Shown here piece after piece: positions 1 through 6,812 of a stretch of 10,085 bases of DNA (positions are counted from its first letter, which is position 1; every line of letters begins with the position of its first letter). Where the stretch lies: positions 1 through 10,085 of the forward strand of contig JASLXV010000051.1 of NCBI GenBank assembly GCA_030740155.1. Reading direction: 5' to 3'. Source of the stretch: Dehalococcoidia bacterium. GTDB taxonomy: Bacteria > Chloroflexota > Dehalococcoidia > Lucifugimonadales > UBA3495. Made by a program: the position numbers and the translations under genes. The notes under the pieces were generated by a model. That model was given only the letters and a program-made list of their open reading frames with translations, did not search any database and was not told where the DNA came from.

Positions 1-53
1 CAGCACGGTGGTTGCCCCATGAAAGCGGGGAATCCGAGTGAATCAGGCCGCAT

Positions 54-82
54 TTGACGCCCTTGGAATGCGAGATTATAGT
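54..82 (+). promoter_or_regulatory. sigma70-type promoter (-35 TTGACG, 17-bp spacer, -10 TATAGT)
   Basis: TTGACG at 54-59 and TATAGT at 77-82, each 5/6 to consensus, with an exact 17-nt spacer. Confidence 0.6.
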
Positions 83-126
83 TGGCGGTATCCCAGAGGG
101 AGCTATATCCAGGAAAGTCGGTTTGA

Positions 127-414
127 TCTGGGGAATCCCGGCTTACAGCATTCTCCGGGCCAGCCAGCCAGCCGGATTTCACCTTTGACCCAATTCGCGA
201 CGGCGATATCGTCGTGGACCGGGAGCCGGGCGTCTTCGGCGGCTTCAAGACCTCGGACTCCGGCGGGGCGACCGCGGGCGGCGGCCTCATCGGCACCTGA
301 GTCTGCACCCTGCCCCAGACGGCGTTTCGGATTACCCTGACTGGGGATGACGCCACGGTAGTTCAGCTCCGATTCGACCGGCTATTGGATAATTTTCCTT
401 GCCCGTCCTGGTAG
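127..414 (+). pseudogene. probable gene remnant with internal TGA, possibly a secreted beta-sandwich protein
   Basis: Frame +1 reads ...PDFTFDPIRDGDIVVDREPGVFGGFKTSDSGGATAGGGLIGT*VCTLPQTAFRITLTGDDATVVQLRFDRLLDNFPCPSW*. Third positions are mostly G/C and composition stays protein-like on both sides of TGA 298-300. There is no proper start codon at the 5' end. Confidence 0.35.
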
Positions 415-468
415 CTCTCTTCGAGAATGGGCGATATCAACACCCCTCGCGGTGAGCCCATCGGCAGC

Positions 469-494
469 GTAGGGGCGATTCGTGAATCGCCCCT
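469..494 (+). repeat. REP-like palindrome (GTAG followed by a perfect inverted repeat)
   Basis: GTAGGGGCGATTC-GT-GAATCGCCCCT. It has a 5' GTAG tetranucleotide and perfect 11-bp arms (471-481/484-494), the architecture of GTAG-family REP sequences. Confidence 0.75.
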
Positions 495-495
495 C

Positions 496-704
496 GTCAT
501 TCCGAGGAGAAACCGCCCCCTGTCATTCCGAGGAGCAAAGAGAACAGGAATCTGGGGCGGGGTTCCTCCTCAGGAGTCTAAACCCATCACCCGAGACCCC
601 TCGCTTAACTCGGGGTGACCTATTCCGGGGTACTAATGGAGCAGAACCGGCCGACCCGCCTAAGAGTCTGGGACTGCAGGTGACTCGAAACCGCCGGGGT
701 GACC
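496..704. repeat. GTCATTCCGAG...CTCGGGGTGAC miniature palindromic repeat element(s), apparently nested or duplicated
   Basis: GTCATTCCGAGGAG occurs at 496-509 and 522-535, internal GGAATCT at 547-553, and right ends CGGGGTGACC at 611-620 and 695-704. Segment 522-532 pairs with 609-619 using two G:U pairs. Confidence 0.55.
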
Positions 705-899
705 GGTATTGAATCCGATTCCCGTCCCGGAGCGGGCCGAGAACCGGATTTATTTGCGAATATTCCGGCGGGCCAACCCAACCGTACCTCCAATCCCTCT
801 TGGGATGGCATCCGGTTGACCCGCATCCGGCGGACCCGCCAGGTTCCGTTTTTCGTGGCGCCGCCGGATTCCGTGGGCCAGTGTGGAAAATTTCGAGCC

Positions 900-925
900 G
901 TCAACGGCGCTTGCCCGCCGTTGAC
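900..925. other. perfect 10-bp inverted repeat, possible 3' hairpin or terminator of the minus-strand small-gene operon
   Basis: GTCAACGGCG-cttgcc-CGCCGTTGAC, 35 nt past the stop of the 961-1056 ORF. No immediately adjacent U-tract. Confidence 0.45.
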
Positions 926-960
926 AAGTGACACGCTAATTACCCGGCAACTGGCCCGGC

Positions 961-1056
961 CTAACCGGTCATGGCCAGCGCGACGGCGGCTAGCAGCCCG
1001 AGGTTGGCGATAACCGCCCCAATCTCGATGATCGAAAGGCTTCTTTGCGCTCTCAT
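961..1056 (-). CDS. 31-aa single-helix membrane peptide resembling a type IV prepilin N-terminus (MRAQRSLSIIEIGAVIANLGLLAAVALAMTG)
   Basis: ATG at 1056-1054 and TAG at 963-961. Strong RBS AAGGAGG (1071-1065) lies 8 nt upstream. The start is 25 nt downstream of the 1082-1384 ORF. Basic leader, Glu at +5 and a hydrophobic helix are present. It is absent from the supplied ORF track. Confidence 0.7.
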   Translation of the reverse strand: MRAQRSLSIIEIGAVIANLGLLAAVALAMTG

Positions 1057-1081
1057 TGGTGGACCCTCCTTCCCCTCGCCC

Positions 1082-1384
1082 TTACTTCTCGGCCGTCTCT
1101 CTGATGCCGGTCAACCCGTCCGCTATCACCGCCGCGGCCAGCATCGCCCCCAGAAAGCCTCCGATGAGCGAGCCGATGACGGCAATTGCGAACTCGGTGT
1201 CGTGGTCCATGAAATTGAACAGGAAAGAAGCTGATACTGCCAGGACGAACGCCCCGGTGGTGTAGAGCAGTATGCTGCCAAACCTCTTCTTGGCAATGAG
1301 GCTCCGGAGGGTTTGCCGGGCCGTGCCCGTGCGCTCCAAGCCCATTGGCTGGCGCCTTAGGTTTGCCGTCGCCTGATTAAACAC
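1082..1384 (-). CDS. small hypothetical membrane protein, two predicted TM helices
   Basis: 100-aa ORF with GTG start and GGAGG RBS (1398-1394) 9 nt upstream; alternative ATG at 1345. Basic N-terminus, then hydrophobic segments ILLYTTGAFVLAVSASFLFNF and FAIAVIGSLIGGFLGAMLAAAVIA (GxxxG pattern). Confidence 0.7.
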   Translation of the reverse strand: MFNQATANLRRQPMGLERTGTARQTLRSLIAKKRFGSILLYTTGAFVLAVSASFLFNFMDHDTEFAIAVIGSLIGGFLGAMLAAAVIADGLTGIRETAEK

Positions 1385-1673
1385 GTTGTATGCCCTCCCA
1401 CACTGGATTAAGATAGTCGAATGGCCGAAGCGATCTTCGTTACAGGTGTCAGGCTACAGGCGGCGCTGCCGGATCGCGAGGGTATGCACCCGTAATCGGC
1501 CTGAGGGCTTGCCCGCAAATCGTCATTTGGGACGAACGGAGCTTCCAGGTGGGCGCTCTGGGCCCCAATGCCCCGGCCCCAGCGTTTGGGCCGGCCGACG
1601 CGATCCTTTGACTCGAGAGAATGGCCGGAGAGAGCCGGGCAAATTACTTAGAACCGTAGGACAGATAACGCAG

Positions 1674-2966
1674 ATGCACCTCCAGGTTCGAGGGGTATTC
1701 TACGGGTGGTGGCTGGTGGCCATCACCGGCTTCATCATGGTGTTGACCATGGTGCCGCTCTTTCACGCCATGTCGGTGTGGACGGTGGCGCTGGAGAGTC
1801 ACTTCGGCTGGAACCGGACCCAGCTGGGCTTCGCCCTCACCGTCGGCCGGGTGGAAGGCGGCCTCATGGGGCCGGTGGAAGGTTACCTCACCGACCGGAT
1901 GGGCACCCGGCGCATGGTGCTCACCGGCTTGCTCGTTCTGGCCGCCGGCTTCCTGCTGTTCTCCCAGATCCGCAGCCTTTGGATGTTCTACGCCGCTTTC
2001 CTGGTCATGTCGGTGGGGGGTGGCCTGGGAGGCTGGGTGCCGGTCATGACGGTGCTGAACCACTGGTTTATCCGGCGTCGCGCCACCGCCATGGGTTGGT
2101 CCAACGTGGGCGGCCGGCTTGGCGCTTTGATCCTGGTCCCAGCCATTGCCTGGGCGGTTGACCCGGCACACAACCGGCTGGGCTGGCAGACCACCGCCAT
2201 GATATTGGGTATTTTCGCTTTTCTGGTCGCCTATCCCCTCACCAGGCTTATCCGCAACCGGCCGGCGGAGTACGGTCTGAGACCAGACGGCGACCCCCCG
2301 GCCCCATATTCGGCGGCCGTTGTGTCACGAGGGGCATCCGGCGCCAGGTCTCAACGGGACCGTCCGGCGGTCACCGATATGACCACGCGCCAGGCCTTGC
2401 GGACGCCCGCCTTCTGGCTCATAGCCTTCGGGCACGGGTTTACCTCCATGGTGATCCTGGCCATCATGGCCCACCTTGGGCTGTTCATGAAGGACAAAGG
2501 TTTTGACGTGCAGACGACCGGGTGGGTGGTGGCCGCGTATACCGCGGTCTCGATGGTGTTTCAACTGGTCGGGGGTTTCGTCGGAGACCGGGTGCCCTTG
2601 CGGGTTGCCCTGGCATTCTTCACCTTCATTCAGGCGGGAGCGGTGGTGCTGCTCACCATCTCATCCAGCCTCCCCATGCTGTACCTGTTCGCGATGGTGT
2701 TCGGCATGGGGTTCGGGGGACGCAACCCCTTGACCACCGCCATCCGGGGCGAATACTTCGGCCGGGCCTCTTACGGCAAGATCCTGGGCATGTCGACGGT
2801 GCCGATGAACGTTCTCTTGCTGGTGGCGCCGCCCTTGGCCGGGTTCATGCGCGACGTGCAGGGCACGTACACCCAGGCTTTTCTTACCCTGGCGGCCCTG
2901 AACGTTTTGGGAGGCGTCCTCTTCCTGTTCGCCAAGAAGCCTGTGATAGTCGCGGGGGACCGCTGA
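1674..2966 (+). CDS. MFS transporter (OFA/monocarboxylate-porter-like), 430 aa
   Basis: About 12 hydrophobic segments, N-terminal FYGWW, MFS motif A GYLTDRMGTRR and its repeat GFVGDRVPLR, and central loop PAEYGLRPDG. Start moved from 1386 to ATG 1674 (AGGA upstream) because the 96 extra codons do not look like an MFS. Confidence 0.9.
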   Translation: MHLQVRGVFYGWWLVAITGFIMVLTMVPLFHAMSVWTVALESHFGWNRTQLGFALTVGRVEGGLMGPVEGYLTDRMGTRRMVLTGLLVLAAGFLLFSQIRSLWMFYAAFLVMSVGGGLGGWVPVMTVLNHWFIRRRATAMGWSNVGGRLGALILVPAIAWAVDPAHNRLGWQTTAMILGIFAFLVAYPLTRLIRNRPAEYGLRPDGDPPAPYSAAVVSRGASGARSQRDRPAVTDMTTRQALRTPAFWLIAFGHGFTSMVILAIMAHLGLFMKDKGFDVQTTGWVVAAYTAVSMVFQLVGGFVGDRVPLRVALAFFTFIQAGAVVLLTISSSLPMLYLFAMVFGMGFGGRNPLTTAIRGEYFGRASYGKILGMSTVPMNVLLLVAPPLAGFMRDVQGTYTQAFLTLAALNVLGGVLFLFAKKPVIVAGDR

Positions 2967-4234
2967 TGGGTAGCCAGGCGGCGGTGAAATACTCCGACCT
3001 GCCCCGAAGCTACCACATCTGGAAGTGGCGGATACTGCTGGGTTTCAGCGGTTTCTATCTGTTCCTGTATCTGGGAAGGTTCGGTTTCTGGCCGGTGGCG
3101 CCTCTGGTCAAACAGGAGTTGGGTCTCAGCCACTTCGAGATCGGGCTGATCAACGCGGCGCTGCTCTGGGGCTTCATGCTGGGAGACCTGGTGCACGGGC
3201 GGCTGGGCGAGACCTACGGCCTGCGCCTCTGGGTGCTGCTGGGAGCGGTGCTGACCACGTTCTTCAACTGGGTTACCAGTTTCTGCAGCTCCACGTTGAC
3301 CCTGGCCATTCCATGGGCCCTCGCCGGGTTCACCAACGCCGCCTGCTTCCCTCCCGGCGCGAGCATGATCGCCCAGTGGTGGCCCCGGCGGGACCGGGGG
3401 ATGGCCTTCGGTGTTCTGCTGACGGCGGCAGGCGGGGCGATGCTCTTGGTGTGGTGGATCTCCGGTTGGGTGGGCGCCGAGTTCGGTTGGAGGGCCGCCT
3501 TCCGCTTTCCGCCTCTGATAATCGTCGTCTTGGGAGTGGTCTTCTACCTGGTTACCCGAGACCGGCCGGCTGATGTAGGGCTGCCCGAGTACGTGGAAGA
3601 GGATGAGGTATCGGCCGGGCCCGAGGCGTTGTCTCCGGAACGGTTCCGGGGGCTGGGGCCGTACAAATTCCTCCTGTCCAACCCCCGATTCCACCTGGCC
3701 TGCCATGTAAAGGGGTTGGAGAACGTGGTGAAGCACGGGCTGATGACCTGGGTGCCGATCTACTACTTCGAGAGGGGCGGCCTGGATATCGAGTCCACCC
3801 TGCTGCTGACCGTCTTGCTGCCCGTGGGATACCTGCTGGCGCCGCCCCTGGCCGGGGTCATTTCCGACCGGTTGCTCCACGGCGCGCGCCGCCCCATGGT
3901 TATCGCCTCCTGTGGCGTCAGCGCGGTGACCCTGGCCGCCCTGGCCTTTGCGCCTCCGGTGAACATCTCTCTGGGGGCGGCCCTGCTGCTGATCGGCGGG
4001 TTGGCCATCGGAATGTCCCCCATGGTGACCATCGCGGCCGACCTCGGCGGACGGCGCATGGCCGGCACCTCTTCGGGGTTGGTGGACGCCCACGGCTACC
4101 TGTATGCCGGGCTTCAGGCCATCGTCTTCAGCGTGCTGCTGGACATGGTAGGGAGCCCTTGGCCCATCGTATTCCTGGCCATGGCCGGGACCAGATTGAT
4201 ATCCGCGGGTATGATCGCGAAGGTAAAGGTGTAG
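2966..4234 (+). CDS. MFS transporter, GlpT/UhpC (OPA family)-like, 422 aa
   Basis: ATG overlaps the previous stop (TGATG 2964-2968). TM1 YLFLYLGRFGF, WWPRRDRG, RDRPADVGLP and GVISDRL match GlpT/UhpC-family patterns. Confidence 0.88.
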   Translation: MGSQAAVKYSDLPRSYHIWKWRILLGFSGFYLFLYLGRFGFWPVAPLVKQELGLSHFEIGLINAALLWGFMLGDLVHGRLGETYGLRLWVLLGAVLTTFFNWVTSFCSSTLTLAIPWALAGFTNAACFPPGASMIAQWWPRRDRGMAFGVLLTAAGGAMLLVWWISGWVGAEFGWRAAFRFPPLIIVVLGVVFYLVTRDRPADVGLPEYVEEDEVSAGPEALSPERFRGLGPYKFLLSNPRFHLACHVKGLENVVKHGLMTWVPIYYFERGGLDIESTLLLTVLLPVGYLLAPPLAGVISDRLLHGARRPMVIASCGVSAVTLAALAFAPPVNISLGAALLLIGGLAIGMSPMVTIAADLGGRRMAGTSSGLVDAHGYLYAGLQAIVFSVLLDMVGSPWPIVFLAMAGTRLISAGMIAKVKV

Positions 4235-4384
4235 CCGAGGACCGGCTTGCCGACCCGGTGGCCTGGCGGGACCCGGTTGGCACCGGCTCGGATGGTGTGG
4301 TAGCTTGGGTCTGGCCAAAGGCGCTGATTCCCGCTGATTCCCATTGAAGTCCCAAGGCCGCTGGATACCCGAGCCGCCGGCGCC

Positions 4385-4442
4385 GTGAGCGTTCACCGGC
4401 ATGCCCCAACTCCACGGGGCCGGTGGTGAGCCACTTTTCTTT
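4385..4442 (+). terminator. possible intrinsic terminator after the MFS pair
   Basis: Imperfect stem CACCG..GCCCC/GGGGC-CGGTG (4394-4425) with outer GTG/CAC, followed by TTTTCTTT (4435-4442). Confidence 0.4.
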
Positions 4443-4493
4443 AAAGAATCGGCGTGCCTGAACCGGCAGACAATTTCATAGATCGGAGGACCC

Positions 4494-5270
4494 ATGAACC
4501 TAGAAGGAGCGGCGGTCATCGTGACCGGCTCAGGCACGGGGCTCGGCGCCGCGGTGGCGAAACATCTCTCGTCCAAGGGCGCCAAGGTCGTAATCAACTA
4601 CAGCCGGAGTGAGGCCGAGGCACGGGCGACGGTCGAGGAGTGCGAGAAGCTTGGGGCCGAAACCCTGCTCTGCCGGGGCGACGTTGCGGTCGATGAGGAT
4701 TGCCGGCGCATGGCGTCCCAGACCATCGCGAAATGGGGGAGGATCGACGGCCTGGTCAACAATGCCGGGCGCTCGAAATTCGTCAACCTGAGGGACTTGG
4801 AAGCCCTGTCCGCCGATGATTTCCTCACTCTCTGTGCCGTAAACGTGGTTGGCCCGTTCCAGATGGCCCGGGCGGTGGCGCCCCAGATGAAAGCCCAGGG
4901 CAAGGGAGCCATCGTAAACGTCTCGTCGACCTCCGGGATATCGGGGAGCGGCAGCTCCATCGCGTACGCCGCGTCCAAGGGCGCGTTGAACACCATGACC
5001 CTGTCCCTGGCCCGCGCCCTGGGGCCTGAGATCAGGGTCAACTCGGTATGCCCCGGATTCATGCAGACCCGGTGGTGGTGGGACGTTCTAGGAAATGAGA
5101 AGTTCCAGGAAAAGGTTGTGCGGGTCGCCGAAGGCTCCCCATTGAAGGCGGCAGGCACACCGGAAGCCGTGGCCGAGCCGGTGGTTTGGCTGCTGGAGGG
5201 GGCGGAGCACATGACCGGACAGACCTTTATCGTCGATGGCGGCCTGCACCTGATCGGCTTTCCGGGGTGA
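4494..5270 (+). CDS. classical short-chain dehydrogenase/reductase (FabG-like SDR), 258 aa
   Basis: TGSGTGLG nucleotide-binding motif, NNAG, catalytic Ser (NVSS) and YAASK, VNSVCPG, and C-terminal VDGG. RBS GGAGGA sits just upstream. Confidence 0.93.
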   Translation: MNLEGAAVIVTGSGTGLGAAVAKHLSSKGAKVVINYSRSEAEARATVEECEKLGAETLLCRGDVAVDEDCRRMASQTIAKWGRIDGLVNNAGRSKFVNLRDLEALSADDFLTLCAVNVVGPFQMARAVAPQMKAQGKGAIVNVSSTSGISGSGSSIAYAASKGALNTMTLSLARALGPEIRVNSVCPGFMQTRWWWDVLGNEKFQEKVVRVAEGSPLKAAGTPEAVAEPVVWLLEGAEHMTGQTFIVDGGLHLIGFPG

Positions 5271-5411
5271 CGGCCTCCGCCCGTGGGGAAACTTCTTTCC
5301 CACCCCGCTGGCGGCGGACCCCAGACCCGTTGGGAACGAGTTGTCACCCGAACTCCTGCCGGAGCGGTCCTCCAGTAATCAGACCAACGCAGGCAGACCA
5401 TCGCGGTCGGG

Positions 5412-5440
5412 TTGACGCCCCTGGGCGCCCCGGCTAGGAT
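5412..5440 (+). promoter_or_regulatory. sigma70-type promoter for the CoA-transferase/LeuCD operon (-35 TTGACG, 17 bp, -10 TAGGAT)
   Basis: TTGACG 5412-5417 and TAGGAT 5435-5440 with a 17-nt spacer, about 70 nt before the CDS start. Confidence 0.6.
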
Positions 5441-5513
5441 GGGGCTTGATGGGCCTCCCCCCAACTGACCGGCTCTCTTTCGAGAGGGCGATTCTCCGAT
5501 AAGGACGTTGCTC

Positions 5514-6713
5514 ATGGCCATGCCTCTGGACGGAATCCGAGTCCTGGACTTCACCCAAGTGATTCTTGGTCCCGTGGCCACCGTCATGCTGGCCGACCTG
5601 GGCGCCGAAGTCATCAAAGTGGAGGCTCCGGGGAGAGACAAGGCGGCGCGCCCCGAGTCCGCTCGGATCGCCCCCGATGGGTACGAATCCGGCAACGAGG
5701 CCCACAATCGCGGGAAGCAGAGCATCACCATCAACCTCAAGCACCCCGAGGGCCGGGAGGTTATCTACCGGCTCATCCCCAAGATGGACGTGGTGACCGA
5801 GAACTATTCGGTTGGGGTGATGGACCGGCTGGGCCTGAGCTATGATGACCTCTCTCGTCTGAACCCGGGTTTGATCTACGGAAGCTGTACTTCTTTCGGT
5901 ACCGAGGGCCCGCTGCGGGACTGGAAGGGCATGGACAGCATCTTTCAGGCCATGAGTGGCATCATGTGGCTGCAGGCCGGTAAGGACGCCACCCGCCCCG
6001 AGCCGGTCCAGATGAACGTGGGAGACTCGGTGGGAGGTATCATCTTTTCCCACGCCATCCTGGCCGCCATCATCGCTCGAAGCCGCACCGGATTGGGTCA
6101 GAAGGTGGAGACCTCGGGTCTGGGCAACCTGGTCACCCTCCAGAGGTGGCGGATCACCGCGGCCCTGCGCCACGGCTTCCACTGGCCGGTCCCCCATGGC
6201 ATGATCCTCGACGACCCCATCAGGGACTTTCACCAGGACTCCGAGGGGAAATGGTTCGTTATATCGCTGATGGCCCAGGGTAGCTGGGCCCGCTTCTGCG
6301 AGGTCATCGGCCGGGAGGACCTGAAGGACCATCCCGAGTGGCAGGCCAGGCACGGCCGCCGGGGGAACCAGGAGCTGGTGGAGCTGCTGGCCCGAGTCTT
6401 CGCCACTCGTACCCGCCAGCAATGGGTGGAGGCGTTCCAGACCCACGGCGTCGCCGCCGCCCCGGTCTACTCCTACGACGACCTGGCCGATGAGCCCCAG
6501 TGCCAGGCCAACGGGTACATCGTTTCGGTGGACGACCCGCGCTGGGGCGAAATGAAGCTGCCCGGGGCGACGGCAAAGTTCAGCGCCACGCCGCCGGCGC
6601 CGCCCACCCGGGGAGCGCCCCTCTTGGGGGAGCATACCCAAGACGTTCTGACCGGCCTGGCGGGTTATAGCCCTGGGGAGGTAGCCCGACTGAAAGAGGC
6701 GGGGGTTATCTGA
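5514..6713 (+). CDS. class III CoA-transferase (CaiB/BaiF/Frc family), 399 aa
   Basis: LDGIRVLDFT, GP...LADLGAEVIKVE, NRGKQSITINLK, DVVTENY, catalytic Asp in NVGDSVGG, and APLLGEHT. RBS AAGGA at 5501-5505 favours ATG 5514 over TTG 5508. Confidence 0.93.
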   Translation: MAMPLDGIRVLDFTQVILGPVATVMLADLGAEVIKVEAPGRDKAARPESARIAPDGYESGNEAHNRGKQSITINLKHPEGREVIYRLIPKMDVVTENYSVGVMDRLGLSYDDLSRLNPGLIYGSCTSFGTEGPLRDWKGMDSIFQAMSGIMWLQAGKDATRPEPVQMNVGDSVGGIIFSHAILAAIIARSRTGLGQKVETSGLGNLVTLQRWRITAALRHGFHWPVPHGMILDDPIRDFHQDSEGKWFVISLMAQGSWARFCEVIGREDLKDHPEWQARHGRRGNQELVELLARVFATRTRQQWVEAFQTHGVAAAPVYSYDDLADEPQCQANGYIVSVDDPRWGEMKLPGATAKFSATPPAPPTRGAPLLGEHTQDVLTGLAGYSPGEVARLKEAGVI

Positions 6714-6724
6714 TGTTGGGCACG

Positions 6725-6760
6725 CTGGGGGAACTTCTTTTGTAAAAGAAGTTCCCCCAG
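6725..6760. repeat. perfect 17-bp-arm palindrome (REP/MITE-like intergenic element)
   Basis: CTGGGGGAACTTCTTTT-GT-AAAAGAAGTTCCCCCAG, followed by ACCCCTTTAAGAAAA. Confidence 0.75.
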
Positions 6761-6812
6761 ACCCCTTTAAGAAAACCCTGCCTGGGCAAGATGCCAAACG
6801 AGGAGGTCCGGC

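Noticed and set aside
298..300. Selenocysteine UGA in the frame +1 remnant
   Set aside because: No start codon for the frame, no clear SECIS hairpin and no recognised selenoprotein motif. A nonsense mutation is the simpler explanation.
496..535. CRISPR array from the GTCATTCCGAGGAG repeats
   Set aside because: Only two 14-bp copies with a 12-nt gap, and no cas genes in the window.
921..926. Perfect TTGACA as a -35 box
   Set aside because: No -10 hexamer at 16-18 nt spacing. It forms part of the 900-925 inverted repeat.
38..1013. ORF-track entries 38-340, 427-618, 482-712, 620-934 and 699-1013
   Set aside because: No convincing RBS or domain motifs. They are low-complexity translations that run through promoter, repeat and hairpin sequence.
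1386..1673. 96-codon N-terminal extension of the first MFS in the ORF track
   Set aside because: Arg/Gly/Pro-rich and not MFS-like. It overlaps the RBS and upstream region of the divergent gene, and ATG 1674 fits the family start.
2522..2965. 148-codon N-terminal extension of the second MFS
   Set aside because: Lies inside the first MFS gene in another frame. The coupled ATG at 2966 is the better start.
2771..5740. 608-aa and 380-aa minus-strand ORFs
   Set aside because: Antisense to well-supported MFS, SDR and CoA-transferase genes, with shadow-like composition.
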